A stretch of DNA of 64,000 nucleotides from a bacterium (lineage in GTDB: Bacteria > Zhuqueibacterota > Zhuqueibacteria > Residuimicrobiales > Krinioviventaceae): positions 672,001 through 736,000 of the forward strand of contig OY843751.1 in the NCBI GenBank assembly GCA_963693055.1, in the 5' to 3' direction. The notes beneath the pieces were generated by a model that saw only the letters and a program-made list of their open reading frames with translations, had not been told where the DNA came from and searched no databases. The stretch's first letter is position 1, and each line of letters opens with the position of its first letter. Both the position numbers and the translations under genes were made by a program. Shown here piece by piece: positions 29,642-40,427 of the stretch.

Positions 29642-31090
29642 ATGGCAAGTGAAACAGATTTTTTGAATGAATTTGCAAACCGTGAGTATAAATACGGATT
29701 TGTTTCTGATATTGAGAGCGAGGCGGTCCCCAAGGGATTAAATGAAGATGTAATCCGTTTGATCTCGGCAAAAAAAGATGAACCCGAGTTTTTGCTTGAA
29801 TGGCGCTTGAAAGCGTTTCGTCATTGGCAAACCATGAAAGAACCGAGCTGGGCGAATGTAAAATATGATCCAATCGATTATCAGGATATTGTTTACTATT
29901 CTGCTCCCAAGAGTAAGGCAGATGGCCCCAAGAGCCTGGATGAAGTGGATCCTGCGATACTTGAAATGTATAACAAGCTTGGCATTCCCTTAGAGGAGCA
30001 GGAAGCTTTAGCGGGTGTGGCTGTTGATGCAGTTTTGGATAGTGTGTCTGTTGCAACCACGTTCAAAGATAAATTGTCCGAGTTGGGCATTATATTTTGT
30101 TCATTCTCAGAAGCGGTTAAGAATCATCCAGACCTGGTCAAGCAGTATCTGGGCAGCGTAGTGCCTTATGCAGACAACTTTTTCGCGGCCTTGAATTCCG
30201 CAGTGTTTAGTGATGGATCTTTTGTTTTTATTCCCAAAGGTGTCAGATGTCCTATGGAATTGTCTACCTATTTCCGAATCAATGCGGCAAATACCGGACA
30301 GTTCGAGAGAACACTGATCATTGCTGAGGATGACAGTTATGTCAGTTATCTGGAAGGCTGTACAGCCCCCATGCGGGATGAAAATCAACTTCACGCTGCG
30401 GTTGTAGAGTTGGTAGCGTTAGATAATGCACAGATCAAATACTCGACTGTTCAAAACTGGTATCCGGGTGACAAGGATGGCAAAGGCGGTATTTATAACT
30501 TTGTAACCAAACGCGGATTGGCTAAAGGTGTTAACTCTAAAATCTCTTGGACTCAGGTAGAAACCGGTTCTGCAATAACCTGGAAATACCCGGGCTGTGT
30601 GTTGCAGGGTGACGGATCGGTTGGCGAGTTTTATTCGGTAGCCTTGACTGCAAACAGGCAGCAGGCCGATACGGGTACCAAGATGGTGCACATTGGCAAG
30701 AATACCAAGAGTACTATTATTTCTAAAGGTATCTCTGCGGGATTTGGACAAAACAGTTACCGCGGGCAAGTCAAGGTGTTAAAGGGTGCTACCAATGCGC
30801 GTAATTTTTCACAATGTGATTCCATGCTTATTGGAGACAAATGCGGCGCGCATACGTTTCCGTACATTGAAGTGAAGAACAGCACCGCCCAGGTAGAGCA
30901 CGAGGCAACCACCTCGAAAATTGGTGAAGATCAGATTTTTTATTGCAATCAGCGTGGTATTAGTACAGAAGATGCTGTATCTATGATTGTAAATGGTTTT
31001 TGTAAAGAAGTATTGGCTGAATTGCCTATGGAGTTTGCGGTTGAAGCACAAAAGCTGCTGGGTGTAAGCCTTGAAGGCAGTGTAGGATAA
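29642..31090 (+). CDS. sufB: Fe-S cluster assembly protein SufB
   Basis: 'YKYGF', 'GQFERTLI', 'YLEGCTAP', 'QLHAAVVE', 'TWKYP', 'QADTGTKM', 'EHEATTSKI', 'LPMEFAVEA'. Confidence 0.99.
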   Translation: MASETDFLNEFANREYKYGFVSDIESEAVPKGLNEDVIRLISAKKDEPEFLLEWRLKAFRHWQTMKEPSWANVKYDPIDYQDIVYYSAPKSKADGPKSLDEVDPAILEMYNKLGIPLEEQEALAGVAVDAVLDSVSVATTFKDKLSELGIIFCSFSEAVKNHPDLVKQYLGSVVPYADNFFAALNSAVFSDGSFVFIPKGVRCPMELSTYFRINAANTGQFERTLIIAEDDSYVSYLEGCTAPMRDENQLHAAVVELVALDNAQIKYSTVQNWYPGDKDGKGGIYNFVTKRGLAKGVNSKISWTQVETGSAITWKYPGCVLQGDGSVGEFYSVALTANRQQADTGTKMVHIGKNTKSTIISKGISAGFGQNSYRGQVKVLKGATNARNFSQCDSMLIGDKCGAHTFPYIEVKNSTAQVEHEATTSKIGEDQIFYCNQRGISTEDAVSMIVNGFCKEVLAELPMEFAVEAQKLLGVSLEGSVG

Positions 31091-31115
31091 GGATAACGTT
31101 TTATTGGAGATAAAT

Positions 31116-31880
31116 ATGTTAACTATAAGAAATTTACATGCTTCCGTAGAAGGAAATGAGATTTTAAAAGGTATAGATTTAGAGGTCAAGGCGGGTGAGA
31201 TCCATGCAATTATGGGCCCCAATGGTTCAGGAAAGAGCACCCTGGCTTCTGTATTGGCAGGTCGTGAAGAATATGAGGTAACAGACGGATCTGTTGATTT
31301 TGATGGAAGTGATCTTTTAGATATGGATCCGGAAGACCGTGCCAGAGAAGGATTGTTTCTGGCTTTTCAGTACCCTGTTGAGATACCCGGTGTAAATACA
31401 TCCTATTTCTTGCGTACAGCTTTGAATGAAAAACTGGATTATCAGGGCAAGGATAAAATCAGTGCAGGTGCATTTTTAAAGCTGCTTCGAGAAAAGATGA
31501 AGCTCGTACAAATGGATGAAAAGTTTTTAAAACGTTCTGTAAATGAAGGTTTCTCTGGTGGTGAGAAAAAACGTAACGAGATTTTACAAATGGCAGTGCT
31601 TGAACCTAAACTTGCAGTGCTTGATGAAACTGATTCCGGTTTGGATATTGATGCACTCAAGATTGTTGCCAATGGTGTGAATACATTACGCAGTAAAGAT
31701 AATGCGGTTATAGTTGTAACTCACTATCAGCGTTTACTTGATTATATTGTACCGGATTATGTACATGTGTTGTACAAGGGCAAAATAGTTAAATCCGGTG
31801 ACAAAACACTGGCCCGTGAACTTGAAAGGCAGGGTTACGACTGGTTAAAAGAGCAGGAACCTGCTGCGGCTAATGTTTAG
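31116..31880 (+). CDS. sufC: Fe-S cluster assembly ATPase SufC
   Basis: 'GPNGSGKST', 'AFQYPVEIPGV', 'GFSGGEKKRNE', 'LDETDSGLDID', 'THYQRLL'. Confidence 0.99.
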   Translation: MLTIRNLHASVEGNEILKGIDLEVKAGEIHAIMGPNGSGKSTLASVLAGREEYEVTDGSVDFDGSDLLDMDPEDRAREGLFLAFQYPVEIPGVNTSYFLRTALNEKLDYQGKDKISAGAFLKLLREKMKLVQMDEKFLKRSVNEGFSGGEKKRNEILQMAVLEPKLAVLDETDSGLDIDALKIVANGVNTLRSKDNAVIVVTHYQRLLDYIVPDYVHVLYKGKIVKSGDKTLARELERQGYDWLKEQEPAAANV

Positions 31881-31892
31881 GAGTGTGAAACT

Positions 31893-33224
31893 ATGAGTAC
31901 AGTTAATGATAATAAAATTTGGCCCTTGCTGAACTTTGACACGTTTGAAAAACAATTAAATGGCCAGGCGGAATCTCCTTTGCACGATTTGCGTAAAAAA
32001 GCCATAGCAAAGTTTAGTGAGATGGGTTTCCCAACAATGCGCAAAGAGGCATGGCGTTTTACCAATATATCTCCGGTTGAACAGCAGTCATTCAAGCTGG
32101 ATGCGGGAGACGTACCGGTAAGCCTTGAAGATATCAAACCATTTTTGTTGAATGAAAATGACCCTGTACAGCTCGTTTTTGTTAACGGTGTGTTTAAGCC
32201 TGAATTGTCAGAAATACATGTTAAAGACGGAATAGTTATTCAAAATCTTGGTCAGGCACTTGAAGACGATCCTGAGCGGGTTTTGGCATATTTGAAAAAA
32301 AATGAAAATGTGTTTGATTACGAGTTCTCTGCGTTAAATACAGCGTTTATGAAAGAGGGTGCTTTTATTTTTATCCCTAAAAACGTAGTATTTGATAAAC
32401 CGATCCATCTTTTGTATATTTCACGTGCAAAAGACTCGGAAATAGTAAGTCACCCACGCAATTTGATTGTAGCAGAATCGAATTCTCAGGCAACCATATT
32501 GGAATCGTATGCTGGTTGGAACAATGAGGTGTATTTTTCCAATCCTGTTACCGATGTTGTATTGGGCGAAAATGCAATAGTGCATCATTATAAAGTGCAG
32601 CGGGAAAGTGAAAAAGCGTATCATATTGCTTTGCAGCACATCCATCAGGAACGTAGCAGTCATTTTGCATCGTATTCTTTTTCCATTGGTGCAGCTATTT
32701 CCCGTAACGATATTCACAATGTACTGGACGGTGAAGGCTGTGACTCTGTGCTGAATGGATTGTATTTAGCGCATGATCGTCAGGTTGTTGACACCCATTC
32801 GCTTATCGATCACGCTCAGCCATATTGTAATAGTCGTGAAGTATATCATGGTATACTGGATGACAAGGCCAAGACAGTATTCAGCGGCAAGATCCATGTA
32901 AGAAAAGACGCGCAGAAAACCGATGCCATTCAGAGCAACAAGAATATTTTGCTCTCCGAAGAGGCTACTGTAGATACGCAGCCACAGCTTGAGATTTTTG
33001 CTGATGATGTGAGATGTACACATGGTGGTACTGTTGGACAGATTGACGATAACGGTGTGTTTTATCTCCGTTCTCGTGGCATTGGTGAAATCAAGGCGAG
33101 AAATATTATGATACATGCTTTTGCCGGTGAAATATTCAACGAAGTAAAGTTTGATTCCGTTAGAGAGTTGATGGATGATTTGGTATTATCGCACCTTGAA
33201 GACGGGCATTTGAAACATTCTTAA
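31893..33224 (+). CDS. sufD: Fe-S cluster assembly protein SufD
   Basis: 'GFPT.RKEAWRFT', 'LNTAF', 'AQKTDA.Q', 'PQLEIFADDVRCTHG', 'FYLRSRGI'. Confidence 0.98.
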   Translation: MSTVNDNKIWPLLNFDTFEKQLNGQAESPLHDLRKKAIAKFSEMGFPTMRKEAWRFTNISPVEQQSFKLDAGDVPVSLEDIKPFLLNENDPVQLVFVNGVFKPELSEIHVKDGIVIQNLGQALEDDPERVLAYLKKNENVFDYEFSALNTAFMKEGAFIFIPKNVVFDKPIHLLYISRAKDSEIVSHPRNLIVAESNSQATILESYAGWNNEVYFSNPVTDVVLGENAIVHHYKVQRESEKAYHIALQHIHQERSSHFASYSFSIGAAISRNDIHNVLDGEGCDSVLNGLYLAHDRQVVDTHSLIDHAQPYCNSREVYHGILDDKAKTVFSGKIHVRKDAQKTDAIQSNKNILLSEEATVDTQPQLEIFADDVRCTHGGTVGQIDDNGVFYLRSRGIGEIKARNIMIHAFAGEIFNEVKFDSVRELMDDLVLSHLEDGHLKHS

Positions 33225-33239
33225 TCATGAGGCAGTACA

Positions 33240-33560
33240 ATGTATGAACCTGATATGAAATCGATCATGCAGGATGTGATAGAAGTTTTGCAGAATATAT
33301 ATGATCCTGAAATTCCGGTGAATATTTATGATTTGGGACTTGTTTATGAGGTTGATGTTGATGAAAATGGACATGTTAATATTGTGATGACACTAACATC
33401 ACCAGCATGCCCGGTTGCAGAAGCATTGCCTAATGAAGTAAAAGCAACTGTACATCATGTTGAAGGAGTTAAGGGTGTGGATGTGGAAGTGGTTTGGGAC
33501 CCTCCTTGGAATTACAATATGATGACTGAAGAAGCCAGGTTGGAGCTCGGAATGATGTAA
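33240..33560 (+). CDS. sufT: DUF59/SufT Fe-S assembly protein
   Basis: 'YDPEIPVNIYDLGLVY', 'MTLTSPACP', 'VWDPPW'. Confidence 0.92.
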   Translation: MYEPDMKSIMQDVIEVLQNIYDPEIPVNIYDLGLVYEVDVDENGHVNIVMTLTSPACPVAEALPNEVKATVHHVEGVKGVDVEVVWDPPWNYNMMTEEARLELGMM

Positions 33561-33581
33561 GCCTGACAAGAGGGAGGTTTA

Positions 33582-33893
33582 ATGAGCAGGTTTGTTGAGG
33601 CGTGTGGATTGGGAACTTTGGTTTCCGGAAAGTTGAGACGCGTCAATTTGGATGGTGAGCAGATTCTTCTTGTGCGAGATGGAGATAATGTATATGCGCT
33701 CGAAGATAGATGTACCCACGAAGATTTTCCATTATCCGATGGATGGGTAGATGACGGATGTGTTTATTGTCCTATGCATGGCGCTAAATTTGATATAAAA
33801 ACCGGTGAAGCTTTGTCTTTACCGGCTTATGAGGATGTAAAATCGTTTCCTGTAAGAATAAGAGACGATAAAGTTGAAGTAGATATTGGGTAA
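33582..33893 (+). CDS. Rieske-type [2Fe-2S] ferredoxin
   Basis: 'CTHE' and 'CPMHGAKFD..TG'. Confidence 0.95.
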   Translation: MSRFVEACGLGTLVSGKLRRVNLDGEQILLVRDGDNVYALEDRCTHEDFPLSDGWVDDGCVYCPMHGAKFDIKTGEALSLPAYEDVKSFPVRIRDDKVEVDIG

Positions 33894-33898
33894 ATATA

Positions 33899-35158
33899 AT
33901 GGCTATACCTAAAGTTTTTGTGCCTGAAGCAGAAAATATAAATATTGAGGATGTTCGTAAGCAGTTTCCAGTGTTTTCGCAGCCGGAAAATCAGGGGTTG
34001 ATTTATTTTGACAGTGCTGCAACGTCTCAACGCCCCCAAATGGTATTGGATGCCTGGAACAAATTCAATACTCATTATAATGCCAATGCGCATCGTGGCG
34101 CATATCGGATGGCTGAGCTGGCAACTTTGGAATATGAAAAAGCCCGTTCAAAGGTTTCTGATTTTATTGGTGCGTCATCAGAAGAAGAAATTGTTTTTCT
34201 ACGTGGAGCAACCGAAGCCTTTAACTTGATTGCTTATGGATGGGCGTTAAAGCATGTTGGGAAAGGTGATGAGATTGTTGTCAGTGAGTTGGAACATCAC
34301 AGTAACCTGATACCTTGGCAGATGGTAGCACAAAAGACGGGTGCAGAGTTGAAATTTATCCCCTTTAATGGTGATGGTCAATTGATCTTTACTGACTATG
34401 AAAAGCTTTTGTCGAACAAAACCCGTTTGGTAGCTATTACGCAAATGTCAAATGTGATGGGTTCTCCTATCCCGGTTACAAAATTTATCAAAGCTGCACA
34501 TAATGTAGGAGCTGTAGTTGTTGTTGATGGCAGTCAAAGTATTCCACATTTCAGCATTAATGTGTCTGAAATGGATGCAGATTTTTTTGCCTTTTCCGGA
34601 CATAAAATGCTGGGCCCCATGGGGACAGGTGTTCTGTATGCCAAGCAAAAGCATTTAGAGGATATGGACCCCATGATGTTTGGCGGTTCAATGATTGAAG
34701 ATGTTGATTATTTAAAATCCACCTGGAATCAGGTGCCCTGGAAATTTGAGGCAGGTACCCAGAATATACCCGGCGTGATTGGTTTGGGTGCTGCGATTGA
34801 TTATTTGAATACGTTAGGTTTAAAGAATATAAAGCAGCATGATAAAAGCCTGACTGCTTATGCATTAGAGCAAATGCAGTTAATTAAAGGCTTGCAAATT
34901 TATGGTAGCATTGTTGAACGTGGTCCGGTTATCGCTTTTGGTCTGGATAATGTGCACCCACATGATTTATCTACATTTCTGGATAACAAGAATATTGCTG
35001 TACGTTCAGGCCATCATTGCGCAAAGTTGATTATGAAACGTTTGGCTGTGAATGCAACAGCAAGAGCCAGTTTTTATCTTTATAATAGTAAAAATGAAAT
35101 AGACGCGTTTATAAAAGCGTTGGATCAGGCAAAGGAATATTTTTCAAAATGGAACTAG
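33899..35158 (+). CDS. sufS: Cysteine desulfurase SufS
   Basis: 'YFDSAATSQRP', 'EHHSN', 'FSGHKMLGPMG', 'FEAGT', 'RSGHHCA'. Confidence 0.97.
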   Translation: MAIPKVFVPEAENINIEDVRKQFPVFSQPENQGLIYFDSAATSQRPQMVLDAWNKFNTHYNANAHRGAYRMAELATLEYEKARSKVSDFIGASSEEEIVFLRGATEAFNLIAYGWALKHVGKGDEIVVSELEHHSNLIPWQMVAQKTGAELKFIPFNGDGQLIFTDYEKLLSNKTRLVAITQMSNVMGSPIPVTKFIKAAHNVGAVVVVDGSQSIPHFSINVSEMDADFFAFSGHKMLGPMGTGVLYAKQKHLEDMDPMMFGGSMIEDVDYLKSTWNQVPWKFEAGTQNIPGVIGLGAAIDYLNTLGLKNIKQHDKSLTAYALEQMQLIKGLQIYGSIVERGPVIAFGLDNVHPHDLSTFLDNKNIAVRSGHHCAKLIMKRLAVNATARASFYLYNSKNEIDAFIKALDQAKEYFSKWN

Positions 35159-35610
35159 ATGACCTTTATCAGGAAATTATTTTAGACCATTACAAACAAC
35201 CCAGAAACCAGGGCCAGTTGAGTAATGCTACCGTTCATATAAGCGGTAAAAATCCTTTTTGTGGTGATGAACTGGATCTATCTTTGATTATTAAAGATGA
35301 TCTTGTGCAGGATATTGCCTTTAAAGGAAGCGGATGTGCCATTAGTCAGGCGTCTATATCCGTTATGACTGAGCAGGTAAAAGGTAAAACTGTAAATGAA
35401 GTTAAAGAGTTGATAGATAAATTTTCAGGAATGGTTAAAGGTGAAAAGAAAATAGATCTTGATACACTAGAAGATTTGTCTGCATTTCAGGGCGTATGTG
35501 AATACCCGACCCGGGTCAAGTGCGCTATGCTGGGTTGGAATGCATTAAAAAAAGCAATTGATTCTGATCAAATTAATGAAAAAACGGAGCAAAATGATGC
35601 CAAAGGTTAA
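35149..35610 (+). CDS. sufU: SUF NifU-type protein SufU
   Basis: 'LYQEIILDHY..PRN', 'NPFCGD', 'GCAISQAS', 'RVKCA.L.W'. Confidence 0.95.
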   Translation: MELDDLYQEIILDHYKQPRNQGQLSNATVHISGKNPFCGDELDLSLIIKDDLVQDIAFKGSGCAISQASISVMTEQVKGKTVNEVKELIDKFSGMVKGEKKIDLDTLEDLSAFQGVCEYPTRVKCAMLGWNALKKAIDSDQINEKTEQNDAKG

Positions 35611-35791
35611 AACTTTTACTTCCGAGTTGGCAATATTTAAAAGTATTGGTCAGCTGGAAGCACTCGATAAAACAGTAAACGATTTTATTAAAGAAAATAA
35701 TGTGCAAAAGGTTTATTCTGTTAGTGATGCTACCACTACAAATGACCAGGGTGTAACCATGGGAATAATTCGAACACTGGCATATGATTGA
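35594..35791 (+). CDS. Small hypothetical protein at the end of the suf operon
   Basis: GGAG RBS at 35586, overlaps the sufU end; 'KVKTFTSEL..F...LEALD..VN.FI...SVSD..T...G.T.G.IR...Y'. Confidence 0.75.
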   Translation: MMPKVKTFTSELAIFKSIGQLEALDKTVNDFIKENNVQKVYSVSDATTTNDQGVTMGIIRTLAYD

Positions 35792-35893
35792 TTTAAAAAA
35801 GGTCCGTGATCCCTTGCGGACCTGAAAAATCATATATTGCATTTCATTATTAAATCTGTATATTATATTAAAAATATACTAACAATGCAGAGA

Positions 35894-36541
35894 ATGATGA
35901 AATATTTCAATTTTTTACTATTTGCTACATTAATTTTAATCCTGTCACAGTGCAGTGAACAGTACCATCCTATTGATTATTATCCTGTAGATATTGATAA
36001 TACCTGGCTCTATACGGGAATTCTTTCCAAAGTTCAAGTTACGGAAAAAGAAAAAAAGAAGAACCAGACTGAATTTATAATGGTTTACTTTGATTCTACG
36101 GGTATACCTATCTGGAAAGAAAAACATATTTTACGCAACAACAAACTGTTATGGGCCACTTTTTCACCGCAGACTCCTTTTATTCCTGAAGTTCGGTTTG
36201 ATCCTCCCATTCCTACCGCGCCTTTTTCTGACAAATTGGGTGATAAAAAAAGAATTGAAAGTACCGAAGTGCGTTTGGATTCGTCTATAACAACTGTGCG
36301 TGTGTTTGTGGATTATGAAGTAGAGTCTATTGAGAATGTAGAACTGCCTACAGGATTTTTCCCTGAATGTGTTAAAATGAAAATGACAATATCCTACCCT
36401 GATCCTGTAACGGAACCATATATGGCAGGGACAAGTTACTTTTGGTTTGCAAGGGGAGTTGGGCCAATAAGTTTTATAATGCCGTCGGGGCAGGGAAGTT
36501 TGATAAGCGCCAAAGTTGGAAATAAAAAAGTACCGCAATAA
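35894..36541 (+). CDS. Hypothetical lipoprotein
   Basis: Lipobox LSQC, 'DYYP....N.W.Y', 'E.V.LP.G.F.EC.K', 'WFARGVG'. Start codon uncertain. Confidence 0.75.
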   Translation: MMKYFNFLLFATLILILSQCSEQYHPIDYYPVDIDNTWLYTGILSKVQVTEKEKKKNQTEFIMVYFDSTGIPIWKEKHILRNNKLLWATFSPQTPFIPEVRFDPPIPTAPFSDKLGDKKRIESTEVRLDSSITTVRVFVDYEVESIENVELPTGFFPECVKMKMTISYPDPVTEPYMAGTSYFWFARGVGPISFIMPSGQGSLISAKVGNKKVPQ

Positions 36542-36576
36542 AAAAAAAGCCCGCTAATTTAGCGGGCTTTTTTTTT
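36540..36576. terminator. Bidirectional intrinsic terminator
   Basis: A-tract, gcccgcta-att-tagcgggc stem-loop, T-tract, between convergent genes. Confidence 0.92.
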
Positions 36577-36579
36577 ATA

Positions 36580-38388
36580 TTAGAAATATAATTCTCGATA
36601 ATCTTTAATGTTCGCTTTATCTTTTAAATCAGCATACCATTTAGAGTATATTCTCTGTTTGGCTCGAACCATCAGCTGAAGTTTTAAATCTTCTTTTTGT
36701 TTTTCAAATTCAGCCGAATCAAAGTCTTTTTTGTCCAAAAGCTGAATAACATAATATCCGCGTGTACCTTTAACAGGTTCGGAATAATCACCAACTTTTA
36801 TGCTGAATGCTTTACCAGCCAGTTCAGGTTCTTTACCCACTTTGGGGATAACACCTGTCATGCTGAACTCGTCGGTTTCCTGAACAGTTAGGCTGTCTTT
36901 TGCCGCAACATCTTCCATAGAACTTCCTGCTGCAATTTTGTCATAGGCTTGTTGGGCCTGAGCTTTGGCAAGTTCCATTTTCTTTTCACTTTTCAAAGAA
37001 TTCACAATGCGGTCTTGAACATCTTCAAGCGGCTGCACATGTTCTTCAATAACATCTTTTAATACGGCTACCAGGTATCCCTGGTCAACTGAAATTACAC
37101 GGCTAAGGTCACCTTTTTTGCTGCGATACGCAAAATTGTTAACTCGTGATTCCATGCCAATACCAGGAATAAAACCACCTTTTTCAAAAGGTTGAGTTGT
37201 TTGTACAGTCAGGCTGTCACTTTTTGCACGATCATAAAATTCTTCTGATGAAATTTCTTCATCTGCAAGATATTCAGCGTTGTCAAGCAGGTTGTTGCGT
37301 GTGGTTGGAGATGTTTCAATTTTTAAAAGGATGTGTTTGGCTTTTACTTTTAATTCTCCATCTTCACGTTTTTTGTCTTCAACTTTGATGATGTGGATGC
37401 CAAAACGTGATTCTACGGGACCTACAATGTCACCAGGTTTTGCTGCAAAGGCTGCATCGGAAAAAGGCTTAACCATTGCGTTTTTATTAAAATAACCCAG
37501 ATCGCCACCGTTTTCAGCAGAACCCTCATCTTGAGAGTAAAGGCTTGCAAGCTGTTCAAAATTGCCGCTGCTTTTTGCTTCTTCAAGAATATCCTGAGCT
37601 TGTTTCATTGTAGCTTCAGAATCTGCTTTTGTAGGTTTGGTTTCAAATAAAACATAATCCAAAACACGTTTTTCAACTTGATTATAATCATCTTTGTGAG
37701 CATTGTAATAAGCTTTAATCTCTGATTCTGAGGGCTCTTCAGTTGATGCCATTTGATTCGAGTTGAAAAAGAGATATTTGATTTTAGCCTTGGTATTGTT
37801 TTTCATGAATTCAATACGCGCATCATCATCTGTAATGTGAATGCTTGATGTAAGCAGCATATTTAATTTTTGCATTGGGATTGCAGAGCGCAGATATTGT
37901 TCAACACCCAACCAGAACTGAGAAACCTGCGGGTCAGGATTGTTAAGCGCAGCCTGATATTGGGCCACATTGAAGTTACCCGATGAATCTACAAAAGCCT
38001 GCTGTGAACGAATAATATCGGGAGGATTATTCCAGATTTCTTCGGTGATTTCAGCATCAGTTGCTGACAAGTTAAAAGCGTCAATTACATCCGTCATTAA
38101 TTGCTGTTGAACCAATGATTCATAAACCTGTGATTCGATTTGGGTAAGTTCAAACGCTCTGGGATCTTGACCTCTGTTTTCACGAAATGATTGCAACTCA
38201 GAGTCATACATTTGTTTGTATTGTTCGTACATGATCTCATCACCGTTAACCTCGGCAATAACACCGGGCTTTTGGCCGGATTTGAAACCACCCATACCCC
38301 AGTCAATAATGATGGTCAACATGAACGCAAAAACCAAAATTAATAAAATTACCTTTGTGTTTTCACGCATTCGATTCATTAAAGCCAT
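36580..38388 (-). CDS. ppiD: PpiD-type periplasmic chaperone / parvulin peptidyl-prolyl isomerase
   Basis: N-terminal TM anchor, SurA_N-like region, parvulin '[21 protein letters not shown]...MVKPF.DAAF...[12 protein letters not shown]'. Confidence 0.9.
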   Translation of the reverse strand: MALMNRMRENTKVILLILVFAFMLTIIIDWGMGGFKSGQKPGVIAEVNGDEIMYEQYKQMYDSELQSFRENRGQDPRAFELTQIESQVYESLVQQQLMTDVIDAFNLSATDAEITEEIWNNPPDIIRSQQAFVDSSGNFNVAQYQAALNNPDPQVSQFWLGVEQYLRSAIPMQKLNMLLTSSIHITDDDARIEFMKNNTKAKIKYLFFNSNQMASTEEPSESEIKAYYNAHKDDYNQVEKRVLDYVLFETKPTKADSEATMKQAQDILEEAKSSGNFEQLASLYSQDEGSAENGGDLGYFNKNAMVKPFSDAAFAAKPGDIVGPVESRFGIHIIKVEDKKREDGELKVKAKHILLKIETSPTTRNNLLDNAEYLADEEISSEEFYDRAKSDSLTVQTTQPFEKGGFIPGIGMESRVNNFAYRSKKGDLSRVISVDQGYLVAVLKDVIEEHVQPLEDVQDRIVNSLKSEKKMELAKAQAQQAYDKIAAGSSMEDVAAKDSLTVQETDEFSMTGVIPKVGKEPELAGKAFSIKVGDYSEPVKGTRGYYVIQLLDKKDFDSAEFEKQKEDLKLQLMVRAKQRIYSKWYADLKDKANIKDYRELYF

Positions 38389-38639
38389 GGAAACCCTCTT
38401 GTATTTATTGTTTTTATATAATTCATATCGTAATAGTACATCCGATTAATGTAATAGGAAAAAAGAATAAATGCAAGATTTTTCTGGTAGATATCAATAG
38501 ATGTTTGATGGATTTGGGCTACAAAACGGGAAAATATTTCTGTTGCAGTGTAAAATGAAAAGTGCACTAACCTCTATTATTTTTTATTGCTTATTAAGGC
38601 AGAATTGGTTAATTTTATATCTTGTAAACTTTGGAGCAT

Positions 38640-39329
38640 ATGATGTGGTTAGAGTTATTGGCTCTCGGTTTGTGGAGTGGTGTTGTCTCGATGGATACAA
38701 CTGCTGCTATGCAGGTTATGATATCAAGACCACTGGTCAGTTGTTTGATAACCGGTGCTATTCTTGGTGACTATCAACTGGGTCTGATTATTGGGATTTA
38801 TCTGGAACTTTTATGGATCAACGAACTACCCATAGGTGCAGCTAAATTCCTGGAAGGAAATGTTGGAGCAACTGCGGCGGCAGCAATAGCAGTTTTTACA
38901 TTCCAGAATAGTTTGCGGCTTGTACCATCTATAGCCTTGTCTTTATTGATTGCTATTGTTATTAGTCATTTAGGTGGATATCTGGTTAAAAAAATGCGTT
39001 ATGTTAATGGAGATGCATTTGACAAATTGCTGGTTGATCCTGATATCTCTGCTGCCAAAGTGGAAAAATTGCATTATAAAGGCATCTTTTATTCTTTTTT
39101 AATTGGCCTTGTGATTATACCTGTTTTTGCGGTTGTTTTTGGTTGGTTTGCTTTACCTTTATTGATTATGTGGTTACCTGTTGCAGTTGATCAATTTTTA
39201 GAACCAATTAATGTAGCTTTTTTAGGTGTAGGAAGTGCAATTTTGATTTTCATGTTTACCCGACATAAGCAATGGTGGATGATTTTCCTCGGCTTTTGTT
39301 TGGGTTTAATGTATTTATTTTTAAAATGA
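38640..39329 (+). CDS. PTS mannose/fructose/sorbose family EIIC (ManY-like)
   Basis: 'Q.MISRPLV', 'G..LEL.W....PIGA'. ATG follows a GGAG RBS. Confidence 0.88.
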   Translation: MMWLELLALGLWSGVVSMDTTAAMQVMISRPLVSCLITGAILGDYQLGLIIGIYLELLWINELPIGAAKFLEGNVGATAAAAIAVFTFQNSLRLVPSIALSLLIAIVISHLGGYLVKKMRYVNGDAFDKLLVDPDISAAKVEKLHYKGIFYSFLIGLVIIPVFAVVFGWFALPLLIMWLPVAVDQFLEPINVAFLGVGSAILIFMFTRHKQWWMIFLGFCLGLMYLFLK

Positions 39330-39339
39330 AACCAGAACA

Positions 39340-40098
39340 ATGAATAGACGTTTAAAAACTGTTGATCTGTTCAAAATGCTCTTTCGGTGTTTCCTGATTC
39401 AGGGATCCTGGAATTTCAAAGTACTTATTGGTACAGGATTTTGTTTTTGCGCCCTGCCTATTACCCGACGTTTATCGGAAACTACTGAAGATCAAAAAGA
39501 GTTTCTTTACCAACATTTGACCTTTTTTAACGCTCATCCTTATTTCGCCAGTTGGTGCCTGGGTGCGGTAGCAAAGCTGGAAGAGGAAGCTGCGGCCGAT
39601 AATTGGGAAAGTAAACAGATTATTGCTCAATTTAAAAAAACGCTGACCGGCCCATTGGGATCAATTGGAGACAGGATCTTTTGGAATGGAGTAAAACCTT
39701 TAGCGTCTGGTATTGGATTAATACTGGCACTGTTAATTGGTTGGTATGCTGTTATTGTTTTTTTGGTTTTATATAATATACCCCATTTCTATTTTCGTAT
39801 AAAGGGATTGTTTGTTGGGTATAAAAACGGTTTTGACATCGTTACAATAATATCTGAAAAACCATACCGTAGATTTATTGTATTCCTTTCCATTCTGGGA
39901 GCTGTTGCTGCTGGTATTTATGCAATCTTGGCTTGTAAATGGAGTTATGATCAAAATCACTATTTGGCTGTTGCTTTTGCTGTATCTGTTTTAACCACAT
40001 TGGTGTTTTTAGATTTAAATAAACCGGTGTGGATTTCACTTGTTTTTTCAGTAATTTTTAGTATTGTTGTAAAAATAATATTTTTTTTTACCGTTTAA
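39340..40098 (+). CDS. PTS mannose/fructose/sorbose family EIID (ManZ-like)
   Basis: 'IQGSWNF', 'HL.FFNAHPY', 'GPLGSIGDRIFW'. Confidence 0.92.
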   Translation: MNRRLKTVDLFKMLFRCFLIQGSWNFKVLIGTGFCFCALPITRRLSETTEDQKEFLYQHLTFFNAHPYFASWCLGAVAKLEEEAAADNWESKQIIAQFKKTLTGPLGSIGDRIFWNGVKPLASGIGLILALLIGWYAVIVFLVLYNIPHFYFRIKGLFVGYKNGFDIVTIISEKPYRRFIVFLSILGAVAAGIYAILACKWSYDQNHYLAVAFAVSVLTTLVFLDLNKPVWISLVFSVIFSIVVKIIFFFTV

Positions 40099-40152
40099 AT
40101 TAAATTCGTTGGGATCGTCAGACAGGCAATAAGGTTTGTAAAGAGAGATTTT

Positions 40153-40422
40153 ATGTTAACAAAAGAATTTACAATAAAAAACAAATATGGCATCCATGCC
40201 AGACCAGCAGGTTTGCTGGTAAAAACATCTTCACAATTCAAGGCATCTGTTTATATTTCCAAAGATGGAACCGAGGTTAATGCAAAAAGTATTATGGGTG
40301 TATTAATGCTTGAAGCTGCTTTTGGCAGTGTTGTTCAAGTACGTATTGATGGTGAAGATGAACATAAAGCCATGGATGCTATTGGTCAGCTTATTGCTGA
40401 TCGGCAATTTGATGAAGAATAA
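40153..40422 (+). CDS. ptsH: Phosphocarrier protein HPr
   Basis: 'GIHARPA' (His15) and 'NAKSIMG' (Ser46). Confidence 0.97.
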   Translation: MLTKEFTIKNKYGIHARPAGLLVKTSSQFKASVYISKDGTEVNAKSIMGVLMLEAAFGSVVQVRIDGEDEHKAMDAIGQLIADRQFDEE

Positions 40423-40427
40423 TCAGG

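Noticed and set aside
38389-38639. Remnant of PTS EIIA/EIIB upstream of EIIC
   Set aside because: The short ORFs here lack the EIIB 'RIDDRLIHGQV' or EIIA 'THG' motifs; the region looks like a divergent promoter.
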